In this document: positions 22,083 to 34,860 of the stretch, piece by piece
How positions within the stretch are numbered: position 1 is the first letter of the stretch
Layout of the letters: each line of letters begins with the position of its first letter
NCBI GenBank assembly: GCA_002269645.1
Contig: NIVC01003841.1
Span: 10,341-74,340 of the forward strand
Direction of reading: 5' to 3'
Length of the DNA: 64,000 nucleotides
Origin: Macrostomum lignano
Taxonomy: Eukaryota
Notes under the pieces: model-generated
The model's input: only the letters and a program-made list of their open reading frames with translations
The model's database searches: none
What the model was told of the DNA's origin: nothing
Position numbers and translations under genes: made by a program

Positions 22083-22574
22083 GATCCAGTAAGATGTGAT
22101 CAACAGAAAATGTTTTCGCGCGCTTCAAAACTGGATCTAACCGGAACCTGAGAACAGACTCGGAGTTCCCACCTTCTAAAAGCCATTTGGGATAAATTTT
22201 AATTGAGATTGCGTGAATGAACTGCTAAATCAAAGGAAAATCTTGTAAGCATGGTGGGAGCGGAGCAGCTTGCTTGACTGTAGCAAAATCCGAAGTCACG
22301 AAGAGGAAGCTGAGCATTTCCTGAGTTTGAGCAGGTGTCTGAATTAAGCTGGACATTGCAAAGATGCTGCATTTAGCCGATATGTAAACTCATTTTTCTA
22401 AATTAGTAATTAACTAAAGCTGACCATGTAGATATTTGATCATCATGCAAGGAGTCTGGCAGTGACGCAGTGATAGGAAAACAGGCTGTTTTAAATTGAG
22501 ATCCACGACTCTATAAGTGAATTTCAATGCCATGAGGGAGAATGATGGATGGTAAATGAGGAAAATTATAGAAT

Positions 22575-23030
22575 AAAAGAGCAGGAGAAGGAGCGGGGGA
22601 GGGGAGAAGAGAGGAGGAAGGGTAGAAAGTGGAGAGGGAGGGATAGATAGGGGAGAGGGAAGGGTAGAGGGGGAGAGAGAAGGGTAGAGAGTGGAGAGGG
22701 AAGGGTAGAGAATGGAAAGGGAAGGGTAGAGAGGGTAGGGAAGGGTAGAGAGGGGAGAGGGTAAGGTAGGGAAATAGAGGGAAGGGTAGAGAGGGTAGGG
22801 AAGGGTAGAGGGGGAGAGGGAAGGGTAGAGGGGGAGAGGGAAGGGTAGAGGGGGAGAGGGAAGGGTAGAGGGGGAGAGGGAAGGGTAGAGGGGGGGAGGG
22901 AAGGGTAGAGGGGGAGAGGGAAGGGTAGAGGGGGAGGGAAGGGTAGAGGGGGGGGGAAGGGTAGAGGGGGAGAGGGAAGGGTAGAGGGGGAGAGGGAAGG
23001 GAAGAGAGAAGAGTGGAGAGAAGAGCTTGT
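22575..23030. repeat. Purine-rich 20 bp repeat GGGAAGGGTAGAGGGGGAGA
   Basis: G-run-rich tandem tract. Confidence 0.9.
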
Positions 23031-23711
23031 TAAAGTAGAGGCCGCTGAAAGAGAAGCATGGATTTGAATACAGGAACAACATACCGCTAAAAACAGCTGG
23101 GAAACCCACTGATGCAGTGCATTTGATGCTGGAAAAGAAATCTCGCATAGCAAATAGCATTGCAGCATTACACAGGTAGCGCTGAGCGCTGTTCGATAAG
23201 CCACCTTTAAAGCAGTGTGCTATGCTGAAATGAGATGGGAGATGGGAGAATATTGGTTCATTTAACCAAGAAATCCTGCCTAACTGCAACCGCAATTATG
23301 GGATCAGGTGCAAATTAGCCTTCAGATTAAGAAGGAGAAATGCTCCAGATTATAGAGAACTTCAAAGATTCTCCATCTTATGAGTTTGACTGACGGCTGC
23401 ATCAAGTCTGACAATTTTTCCTATCAGGCTGCTCAAGTTTTTTTCACAGTGTCTGAAGTGAGTGATCGAGACTGAACTACCTGCTGAGTGCTTAGAACTT
23501 CCGACAAATTAATGGTTTCTATAACCCCCCCCCCTGCCTTAAATTTCTTTGTATTAAATTATATAGTTTCATTTAGATTATACTGTTGCCCTTTGCTAAC
23601 TAAAATTCGCCCGTTTCTTGCATTTGCGAAGAAAAGCTCAAACTACTCTACTGTTTACTAGTAGAAAGTCTGGGTGATTCATTTTGTACACAAAAAAGTT
23701 TTGATGCTAAG

Positions 23712-25245
23712 AATAGATACTGAGACTGAGAATAGACACTGACACTGAGAATAGACACTGAGACTGAGAATAGACACTGACACCGAGAATAGACACTGAC
23801 TCTGAGAATAGATACTGACACTGAGAATAGATACGGACTCTGAGAATAGACACTGACACCGAGAATAGACACTGACTCTGAGAATAGACACTGACACCGA
23901 GAATAGACACTGACTCTGAGAATAGATACTGACACTGAGAATAGATACTGACACTGAGAATAGACACTGACACTGAGAAAAGACACTGAGACTGAGAATA
24001 GACACTGACACCGAGAATAGACACTGACACTGAGAATAGACACTGACACCGAGAATAGACACTGACATTGAGAATAGACACTGACACCGAGAATAGACAC
24101 TGACACTGAGAATAGATACTGACACAGAGAATAGATACTGACACTGAGAATAGATACTGACACAGAGAATAGATACTGACACCGAGAATAGATACTGACA
24201 CTGAGAATAGACACTGACACTGAGAATAGATACTAACACTGAGAATAGACACTGACATTGAGAATAGACACTGACACCGAGAATAGACACTGACACTGAG
24301 AATAGACACTGACACTGAGAATAGACACTGACACCGAGAATAGACACTGACACTGAGAATAGACACTGACACTGAGAATAGATACTGACACAGAGAATAG
24401 ATACTGACACTGAGAATAGATACTGACACAGAGAATAGATACTGACACCGAGAATAGATACTGACACTGAGAATAGACACTGAGACTGAGAATAGATACT
24501 GACACTGAGAATAGATACTGACACTGAGAATAGATACTGACACTGAGAATAGATACTGACACTGAGAATAGACACTGACTCTGAGAATAGATACTGACAC
24601 TGAGAATAGATACGGACTCTGAGAATAGACACTGACACTGAGAATAGATACTGACACTGAGAATAGATACTGACACTGAGAATAGATACGGACTCTGAGA
24701 ATAGACACTGACACTGAGAATAGATACTGACACTGAGAATAGACACTGACACTGAGAATAGATACTGACTCTGAGAATAGATACTGACACTGAGAATAGA
24801 TACTGACACTGAGAATAGATACTGACACTGAGAATAGACACTGACACCGAGAATAGACACTGACACTGAGAATAGACACTGACAATGAGAATAGATACTG
24901 ACACTGAGAATATACACTGACACTGAGAATAGACACTGAGAATAGATACTGACGCTGAGAATAGATACTGATGACACTGAGAATAGATACTGACACTGAA
25001 AATAGATACTGATGACACTGAGAATAGACACTGACACTGAGAATAGATACTGACTCTCAGAATAGATACTGACACTGAGAATGTATATTGAAACTGAGAA
25101 TAGATACTGACACTGAGAATAGACACTGACACTGAGAATAGATACTGACTCTCAGAATAGATACTGACACTGAGAATGTATATTGAAACTGAGAATAGAT
25201 ACTGACACTGAGAATAGACACTGACACTAAGAATAGACACTAGAA
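23712..25245. repeat. Minisatellite, 19 bp unit ACTGAGAATAGA(T/C)ACTGAC
   Basis: About 80 units; explains the SVSILSVSIYSQCQYLF minus-strand ORFs. Confidence 0.96.
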
Positions 25246-25734
25246 TAGTGATAGGAGCCTCGTACGTGAGAAGCCAGGGTCAGCATGCGATCTCGGAGGT
25301 TGGGCGGGGATTCCGGGAACCTTTCCTCCCACCCCGTCATGAGTACAACCTCCTTGAGCATAGATTTTGAGACCCAAATCTCGTTGCAGATTTACATCAG
25401 GATATGAATCTCGGGCGGCCGAAAATTCTCTGCGTCCCGGACGTTTGAGTGATGCGATTAGGATGGAAACAGACGATGTCATCGGGGAGGATATCGAATT
25501 CCAGCTTCACAGTGCCATTTGGGTACAGAAGCAGGAAAAGTGACAGATATGGGCGAAATCTATGGGCACGCAATCACTGGGGGATTTCGGCTGCACTGCA
25601 GTGGAATGCAACTCGATCCCCAGCTGCTGCAGCACTTGCTGCTGATGGCTGGGATAAAGCTGAGACTGCTTCTGCTCGTCGAGAATAAATTGCTCTTGAG
25701 TCGACGCGAATAACTAGTGCTGAGTCTAGAAAGA

Positions 25735-26005
25735 GCAACGACAGCAGAAGAAGCAACAGTAAAAAGCAGCAGCAACAGCAACAGCAACAACTAAAGCAAC
25801 AACAAAAGCAACAGCAACAGCAAAGCAACAGCAACAGCAAAAGTAACAGCAACAGCAAAAGCAACAGCAACAGCAAAAGTAACAGAAACAGCAACAGCAA
25901 CAGCAACAGCAAAAACAAAAGCAACAGCAAAAGCAACAGAAACAGCAAAGGCATAAGTAAAAGCAGCAAAAGCAACAGCAAAAGCAAAAATTAAAGCAGC
26001 AGCAA
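25735..26005. repeat. (AGCAAC/AGCAAA)n low-complexity repeat immediately upstream of the PLPP-like ATG
   Basis: Ends about 10 nt before the ATG at 26016. Confidence 0.9.
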
Positions 26006-26015
26006 ACTCGGAGCC

Positions 26016-29000
26016 ATGAACGCGCCGCCTTTAGTCTGTCAGAATCCGAGCTTCAGCAGCCAGCTGAGCATCCCAACGCCGCCGCCGGTGGCTCCGCCAG
26101 CGACGCCGATGCGCTGCCAGTGCGACTGCAACTGTGGATCGTCCTGGCTTCAGGACGGTGAGAAATTCGGGTTTTATAATTTTTGGTTGCTTTTTCTTCA
26201 ACAATTTTAGCTGCTAAATGTTTTTTCTACTATAAGTAGCTGAGAAAAACTCTAGATATTTATTATATTCGCAGGCAATGGCGATTGCGGCAACAGCAAT
26301 GGCAGGCGAACTCGCACACGTGCGCAGAACTACCATACGATGCACTTCGAAGACGTCGAAGTCGATGGACGACGCGGCTGCTGCTTTGGGCGCCGTCTGC
26401 GCCGGCGAAGTCGCCGACAGCAACAGGCCGAGTCCAGCGTCAGGGAGCCATCGAGGCCGGGCGGCGAACGGCGACAGTCTCGGCTGGGCGGGGCCTGCAC
26501 CATTCTAGGGCTGGTGGCCGATGTCTGCCTGTTGATGGTCGTGGTGATGACCGCCTATTTGCTGAGGTCGGTTCTTGGGTTATGGGAGGCTCTGTGTACA
26601 TTTGGAGACGAGATTTTTCATTCTATGTACATTGGGAGACGAGATTTTTCATTCTATGTACATTGGGAGACGAGATTTTTCATTCAATGTACATTGGGAG
26701 ACGAGATTTTTTATTCAATGTACATTGGGACACGAGATTTTTCATTCAATGTACATTGGGAGACGAGATTTTTCATTCAATGTACATTGGGAGACGAGAT
26801 TTTTCATTCTATGTACATTGGGAGACGAGATTTTTCATCCTATGTACATTGGGAGACGAGATTTTTCATTCTGTGTAGATTTGGGGACGAGATTTTTTAT
26901 GTAGTGTACATTAGGGGGAGATATTTTTCACTCAGTGCACATGGGGGTTTATATTTATTGTACTTTAATAAACTACTTTGAGCACTGAGCCTTATCAGAA
27001 AGCCTATCCGGATATTTCAGATGCTCGCAGACGACTCAATTCTACGGTTTCCCGTCATCAATGTTTCCAAAAATCTGCAGCGATCTGTAAAATTGAACTG
27101 ATTATTTAAATTAATGCAAAAACATAAGAGAATCGATGAAGGACTCTTAACAGAATAATTCGAAAAAACCACCCACAGCTGGTCAAGAATCATCCCGGTT
27201 CGGAGGCCCGATATTTCTGGCTGGCAGTTTTCTCTGGCGAATTCAACCGGCGATTCTCAACGGAGAAGCCGGCAGCAAATGGCGGAATTCCCGCTGTCCG
27301 GCCGGGTCTCAGAGGAGCTGCTCTACTGTCTGACACTGGCTGTTCCCGTGCTTATAGTCAGTTTTTCAGCAATATTTCTACTATGCATTTTCTAAGTATC
27401 CTACTGTTAGTAGGCAAGTTTCGCATTTTTGTCTCTTTTTATATCTGACTGCGCAGATTGCAGTCTGCGAATTGTCGCTGATTTGCCTGTACCGGAAGGA
27501 GCGGCCGGCCCGGCTGAACCCGCTCTGCCCGTCTGTGCGACTGCCCAGGGCGCCGCGAAGGCTGTACAGAATCATTGGTGAGAGACAATCAAAGCATCTT
27601 CATCGATGCTCTGTTTTTTCGAAGACATAGCGCTTCACAGGTTTGAAAATTGTACAATACAAGCGTACTTGGAGCTGGCGGAGCCACCGGCTCGGCTTAG
27701 GGATGCTCAGATTCTGAGAATAAAGGCGACAGAATTCATGGCTCTGAATTTGACGCTGCTCTCCCTGTTATATCTTCTTCTATTGCTTTTGCTTTTGCTG
27801 TTGGTTTTGCTGTTTCTATTACAGTTGCTTTTGCTGTTTCTTTTGGTTTTGCTGTTGCTTTTGCTGTTAGTTTGCTGCTGCTGGTGCTTTTGCTGTTGCT
27901 TTTACTGTTGCTTTTGCTGTTGCTTTTGCTCTTACTTTTGTTGTTTCTTTTGCTGTTTCTGTTGCTTTTGCTGTTGATTTTGCTGTTCAACTTGACATGA
28001 ACAGTTTTAATCTCGTTGACGCAGTTTAGCATTTTTTCATTGAATCATGCAACTCTCGATCAACTATTTTCAGTAAACTTTGCGTTCTGCTACTTCCTGC
28101 TCATGCTCATCACGGATGTGCTCAAAGCGTACTTTGGTCATCCCAGGCCTCAGTTCTTGGCCGTCTGCCAGCCTCCTCAGACTGCTCATAGTGATATTGC
28201 TGATGTGCTGGGCGGGTGTGCGGAGAAGCGACTTCACGTGCTCAAGGATCTCAGGTAAGCTGCAGGGATCTCAGGTAAGCTGCAGGGATCTCAGGTTAGC
28301 TGCTGGGATCTCAGGTTAGCTGCTGGGATCTCAGGTTAGCTGCTGGGATCTCAGGTTAGCTGCTGGGATCTCAGGTTAGCTGCTGGGATCTCAGGTTAGC
28401 TGCTGGGATCTCAGGTTAGCTGCTGGGATCTCAGGTTAGCTGCTGGGATCTCAGGTTAGCTGCTGGGATCTCAGGTTAGCTGCTGGGATCTCAGGTTAGC
28501 TGCTGGGATCTCAGCAGCATCAGAATTTCTGCGTTATTTTCAGAACGTCATTTCCATCCGTGCTGTCGTGTCTGATTGCGTATTCGACAACTTTTCTGAT
28601 TGTAAGTCGGGGTTTTAACTACACATTTTTGGCTATGTAATGTAGCTCGGATATAGCTTGGAATTATTTGTACCTAAAGCCTGCATTCCTGAGCCCTTCA
28701 ATCTTCTCTGAAGCTCACAGCCTGCAAATTCCTGAGCCCTTCAACCTTCTCTGAAGCTCACAGCCTGCAAATTCCTGAGCCCTTCAACCTTCTCTGAAGC
28801 TCACAGCCTGCATTCCTGAGCCCTTCAACCTTCTCTGAAGCTCACAGCCTGCATTCCTGAGCCCTTCAATCTTCTCTGAAGCTCACAGCCTGCATTCCTG
28901 AACCCTTTATCCCTCACTGAAGCTTAGAGCCTCAACCACCCCCGAACTCTTCTTCCCTCTCTGAAGCTCAGAGCCTCAACCACCTGAACCCTTCCACCCT

Positions 29001-30144
29001 CAGCTGTACCTGAACTCCCTGGCCAGCTTGCACGGCGGGAAGCACGCGGCTCTGCCGTTACTGACGGGGCTTTTGGCTCTCGCCGGAGCTCTCGGCAGCT
29101 CCGACAGGGTGACCACCGGTAGGGCCAGGGCGGTCGACTCGGCTACTGGCGCAGTCATTGGCGTCATCAGCGCCGTCTATCTGGTGAGTGAGCATTGCTG
29201 AGGATCTGGGATTTTAAAATTAGGGATTCAAGTGAGATTTTAGAATTGGGGATCTGAGTGGGATTTTAGAATTGGGGATCTGAGTGGGATTTTAAAACTG
29301 GGGACTGAGTGGGATGTTAGAATTGGGGATCTGAGTGGGATGTTAGAATTGGGGATCTGAGTGGGATGTTAGAATTGGGGATCTGAGTGGGATTTTAGAA
29401 TTGGGGATCTGAGTGGGATTTTAAAACTGGGGACTGAGTGGGATGTTAGAATTGGGGATTTGAGTGGGATTTTAGAATTGGGGATTTGAGTGGGATTTTA
29501 GAATTAGGATTTGAGTGGGATTTTAGAATTGGGGATTTGAGTGGGATTTTAGAATTGGGGATTTGAGTGGTATTTTAGAATTGGGGATTTGGGTGGGATT
29601 TTAGAATTGGGGATTTAAGTGGGATTTTAGAATTAGGATTTGAGTGGGATTTTAGAATTGGGGATTTGAGTAGGATTTCAGAATTGGGGATTTAAGTGGG
29701 ATTTTAGAATTAGGATTTGAGTGGGATTTTAGAATTAGGATTTGAGTGGGATTTTAGAATTGGGGATTTGAGTAGGATTTCAGAATTGGGGATTTGGGTG
29801 GGATTTTAGAATTGGGGATTTAAGTGGGATTTTAGAATTAGGATTTGAGTGGGATTTGAAACCTGGTAGAAGAGGCTGGTACTCTGTCGCTACTCCTGCA
29901 ACCTAATCTCACAAAAAAGGTGCAGGCGGTTCACGGCGGCCTGTCACCTCGCGGCTCCAACAGCCGCAACAGACGCTTGCTGGCTCGGGGCCTTCTGCTA
30001 CTAATAGAAGGCGGCCGCGGTGGCGGGGGCGGCTGCCATGGCACTGACGAGGCTGCAGAGGTGAGACAGCGGAGCCAGAAGCAGAAATCTGCAACGCTAG
30101 GGAGACCCCAGGTGGTTGCTAAGACAAGTATAGCCAGTAGCTAG
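26016..30144 (+). CDS. PAP2/phospholipid phosphatase (PLPP/PLPPR)-family 6-TM protein, predicted catalytically inactive, about 458 aa
   Basis: Exons 26016-26157, 26275-26566, 27179-27356, 27457-27577, 28074-28254, 28544-28601 and 29004-29183 have GT-AG boundaries with compatible phases (1,2,0,1,2,0,0). The last exon (29920-30144) is tentative. Motifs: RRLYRII, TDVLKAYFGHPRPQFLAVCQP (C1 Kx6RP), RTSFPSVL (C2 position) and DRVTTGRARAVDSATGAVIG (C3 position). Confidence 0.85.
26590..26930. repeat. Minisatellite, 31 bp unit TGTACATTGGGAGACGAGATTTTTCATTCTA (PLPP-like intron 2)
   Basis: Starts about 20 nt after the donor at 26567. Confidence 0.93.
27770..27985. repeat. (TTGCTG/TTTGCT)n repeat, reverse complement of the 25735-26005 repeat family
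   Basis: TTTTGCTGTTGC units in PLPP-like intron 4. Confidence 0.88.
28246..28514. repeat. 20 bp tandem repeat built from the exon 5/intron 5 junction: GGATCTCAG|GT(A/T)AGCTGC(A/T)G
   Basis: The first unit overlaps the exon end and the real donor (28255); about 13 units. Confidence 0.95.
28675..28990. repeat. Minisatellite, 41-43 bp unit GCCTGCATTCCTGAGCCCTTCAACCTTCTCTGAAGCTCACA (PLPP-like intron 6)
   Basis: Units decay toward the acceptor at 29003. Confidence 0.9.
29205..29860. repeat. Minisatellite, 26 bp unit TTTTAGAATTGGGGATTTGAGTGGGA (PLPP-like intron 7)
   Basis: Starts about 20 nt after the donor at 29184. Confidence 0.94.
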
Positions 30145-30199
30145 GTGTATTACTCTGACAATATGTAGTGTAAATCATTATATACACCAATGCTAAAAA

Positions 30200-31035
30200 G
30201 AGAGGGAAGAAAAAAGGGGAAAAGAAGGAATATCTAAGAAAATAGATAGGAGAAGAGAGAGAGGAGAGAAGAGAGGAGAGATAAGAAGAGAGAGGAGAGA
30301 GGAAAGAGGAGAGAGGAGAGAGAAGAGGAGAGAGGAGAGAGGAGAGAGGAGAGGAGAGAGAAGAGGAGAGAGGAGAGAGAAGAGGAGAGAGGAGAGGAGA
30401 GAGGAGAGAGGAGAAGAGAGAGAAGAGGACAGAGTAGAGAGAAGAGGAGAGAGGAGAGGAGAGAGGAGAGGAGAGGAGAGAGAAGAGGAGAGAGGAGAGA
30501 GGAGAGGAGAGAGAAGAGGAGAGAGGAGAGAGGAGAGGAGAGAGAAGAGGAGAGAGGAGAGAGGAGAGGAGAGAGGAGAGGAGAGAGGAGAGAGGAGAAG
30601 AGAGAGAAGAGGACAGAGTAGAGAGAAGAGGAGAGAGGAGAGGAGAGAGGAGAGGAGAGGAGAGAGAAGAGGAGAGAGGAGAGAGGAGAGGAGAGAGGAG
30701 AGAGAAGAGGAGAGAGGAGAGAGGAGAGGAGAGAGAAGAGGAGAGAGGAGAGAGGAGAGTAGAGAGAAGAGAAGAGAGTAGAAGGAAGAGAGGAGAGAAG
30801 AGAGGAGAGCGAAGAGAGGAGAGAGAAAACAGGAGAGAGGAGAGTGGAGGGAGGAGAGAGGCAGGAGAGAGGAGAGTGGAGGGAGGAGAGAGGCAGGAGA
30901 GAGGAGAGCGAAGAGAGGAGAGAGATGAAAGGAGAGGAGAGAGGAGAGAGGAGAGAGAAGAGAGGAGAGAAGAGAAGAGAGGAGAGAAGAGAGGAGAGAG
31001 AAGAGAGGAGAGAGAATAGAGACAGGAGAGAGGGG
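30200..31035. repeat. GA-rich simple repeat (GGAGA/GAGAGGA)n
   Basis: Purine-only tract. Confidence 0.93.
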
Positions 31036-31619
31036 AGACAGTCAGTGAGTTACAACGCTGCGCATGGAGAGCAGAGGGGGCAAATAAGGCGGTCCAGGGG
31101 CTCCAGCGAACCAGTGCTGCAGTCACCTGACACCAATCAGTCTGCTACTTGTGCTGCATTTTTCTATTAAAAAATCCACCCTTCCAGGCACTGCTGTCTC
31201 AGCAGCCAAGACGCTACTATATTGAGTAGCCCCAATAACAAAATTAATATCTAATAGCTCCACATTTTATTATATTTTATGCGCTTAGCTAAACTTTACT
31301 ATAGACTGCCGTCTTGCTTCTGTAGAGAGTTTATTTTTTCTGATACCAGCTTTGATCGATAGACGATATTTAAACATGCTTTAAAACTTCTACATGCGAT
31401 GCATTACGCCCGCGAAATTGCAGTCACCTCTGCCGCCAGCAATCATTGTGACGGATGATGGACCCACTGGCACTGGGGCTGTCAGCTGTGCATCGAGAGC
31501 TGCTGATTGCATCGGCCAGCGACGCCCGTGCCTGCCAGCTGGCAGCGGACTCCGAACTGCCGAGATTGCGGAGCACAGATTCTGAGTTCTGGGATTAGCT
31601 GACCCACGGGGAGATATGA

Positions 31620-32290
31620 GATAAAAAGGGGAAGGAGACGGGGAGAGAGGAGAGGGAGGGAAAAGAGAAGGGTGAAAAGGGGAAGAGAGGAGAGTAGAGT
31701 AGAGAAGAGAAGAGAGGAGAGTATAGTAGAGTAGAGTAGAGGAGAGGAGAGTAGAGTAGAGGAGAGGAGAGGAGAGGAGAGGAGAGGAGAGGAGAAGAGA
31801 GGAGAGGAGAGGAGAGGAGAGGAGAGGAGAGGAGAGGAGAGGAGAGGAGAGGAGAGGAGAGGAGAGGAGAGGAGAGGAGAGGAGAGGAGAGGAGAGGAGA
31901 GGAGAGGAGAGGAGAGGAGAGGAGAGGAGAGGAGAGAGGAGAGGAGAGGAGAGGAGAGGAGAGGAGAGGAGAGGAGAGGAGAGGAGAGGAGAGGAGAGGA
32001 GAGAGAAGAGGAGAAGAGAGAAGAGAAGAAAAGAGAGAAGTGAAAAGAGAATATAGAAGAGAGGAGAGGAAAAGAGAGGAGAGAAGAAGAGAGGAGAGGA
32101 GAGGAGAGGTGAGGAGAGAAGAGAAGAGAGGAGAAGAGAGGAGAAGAGAAGAGAGGTGAGGATAGGATAGGAGAGGAGAGGAGAGTCGAGGAGAGGAGAG
32201 GAGAGGAGAGGAGAAGAGAAGAGAGGTGAGGATAGGAGAGGAGAGGAGAGGAGAGGAGAGGAGAGGAGAGAAGAGGGGAGGAGAGGAGAG
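31620..32290. repeat. (GGAGA)n pentanucleotide repeat
   Basis: Perfect core about 31760-31990. Confidence 0.94.
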
Positions 32291-33099
32291 CACAGAGCGC
32301 TTTGACACAATAAATAGACGAGTCACACGGGTCCCAAAGCCGCGTGGCGCAGTACTGCAATGACACGCAGCAGAATTCGTGTGAAATCGATACAGTAATT
32401 AGGAGAGAGGAAGAAATTCTAAGATGGCGAGGAAACCAAGACGAAATGAAGAATGCTGACGTCACTGCACTTTTGTCAATTTGTAATTGCGAAAAAGGAC
32501 AAACCAGTAACAACTCATCAAGCGTAGCTACAGGGAATTCAGGCTTTCTCATCGATGTACTTTACATAATTATCTTACAGTTAATCTACCTTTGGTCGTA
32601 ATATAAATAATACCTGATGCAAATTTAACTCATGCAAATAATCGGTAATTTTACAGAATTTATAGTCGTATTTTTCCTACCCCAATAGACTACTGATGTC
32701 TGCAAATTCTATTTTTTGAATCGATTATTTTTCTCAAATAAAAAGCGTATCATTCTACTCTGTAGAGAAGTCAGTAGCCTGTCTAGCGCGCATTCACTAA
32801 TAACTAGTCGTCTAAAAATGTTTTATTTACAAAAATTATTTCATGCTATACAGATTTTGCGTGTGGGGTCTGTGGGGCAACAACATCTGAACGTCTGGGC
32901 AGGGGATCATAAATTGTGGGAGTTCTGGGCGAACAGGAGAAGAGAGGTAATCTATCCGCGAAAAATATTCGCTGCATCCCCTGGGCAGCGAGCTCGGGAT
33001 GACGGAGTGGCATGGAGGGTTGCGCAATCACGCCGATTCTTCCAAGATAGCGGGCGCCCCACTGGGCTGCCAGGCTGCGACCCGATTTGATGTACGAGC

Positions 33100-33852
<753 letters not shown>

Positions 33853-34284
33853 GTCGGTTGGTCATTACCCCATACCCAGCCATAACTCTCTCTCAGTTAC
33901 TTTTGTCATCAGTAATCACATCACGTTACAAATTTTGCAGTCCTATAACTGGCCCTTAAAAATTTCTATCTACATGGCGTTTGATTGCCATTTAACCAGG
34001 TGAAAGAAGACCTATGCGAGCACACGGACGCTCGCTCTGCAAGCACTCTCAGACTTGGCTCTGCGCTCGCGCGCCGTTCTAGTTAACCTGACCAATAGCT
34101 ACGACCGGCAGGATGTCATGCCAGAGCTAGTTGAGTTGGCCAAATTTGCTAAGCATCACGTGCCCGAGGAACATCCGAAAGATGGCCACGACTGGATTGA
34201 GGGACGAATTAACAAACTGGTGAAAGCCGGAATGCGGCCAGCCCTGGCTCAGCTGGCCTCCGTTTCTGACAAGGCTCTACAGGT

Positions 34285-34351
34285 GAAGAATAAATAGAAA
34301 GCTTAATATCAACGATTAATATGTTGATATTAAGCTTTCTATTTATTCTTC
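34285..34351. repeat. Perfect 29 bp inverted repeat with 9 nt loop at the 5' end of an unc-45 intron
   Basis: GAAGAATAAATAGAAAGCTTAATATCAAC (34285-34313) pairs with GTTGATATTAAGCTTTCTATTTATTCTTC (34323-34351). Confidence 0.95.
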
Positions 34352-34540
34352 TCGCCAAGCGAGCGACTCTACCAGCACTCTACAGGTGAGTCACCGTTTT
34401 TTTTCTAGTTAGAAAACAAAAATAAAATTACCCCGTAGAGGAAGTTGGAAGCAATGCACATTGGGAAGCACAGTACATCAACATAAGGCCCTACAAATAA
34501 AGACATAATGACGATTTGATGTCTTTAGACCTGTCTTATG

Positions 34541-34860
34541 GTACATATTGCTGAATGCTTGGTTAGAGCGTCTGACTCACGACTTGAAGGTCGGGGGTTC
34601 GATTCCCGATACCGCTGATACAATTTGTGTCCTTTAGCGAGACACTTAACTCTACATTGCTTCAGTTCACCCAGCTGTAAAATGGGTGCCAGCATAAGCT
34701 GGGGTAATTGAAGGTGGGTGTGGCGTCCCCCAGTCCATGGACTGAACAGCCGTACGCAGTCTTCAGAAGTGCCGCGCAATAGCTGCGGCTGTGTTGTCGG
34801 TTGCACATCTGGCCCAATTGGGACAGGTGTAATCAATTATTAATTAATTAATTAATTAAT
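34541..34860 (+). mobile_element. tRNA-derived SINE with CORE-like domain, copy 1
   Basis: A-box-like TGGTTAGAG and B box GGTTCGATTCC, then TGTGTCCTTTAGCGAGACACTTAACTCTACATTGCTTCAGTTCACCCAGCTGTAAAATGGG (resembles the MIR CORE); (TAAT)n tail. Confidence 0.8.

Noticed and set aside
25240-25713. Short ORFs upstream of the PLPP-like gene
   Set aside because: No identifiable family; possibly a repeat fragment.
34550-34615. tRNA gene calls here and at 35940, 42465, 48210 and 48815
   Set aside because: A/B boxes are present, but the cloverleafs are not canonical. The 34550 and 35940 segments continue into a shared SINE body, and the 48 kb ones sit in duplicated repeat units.
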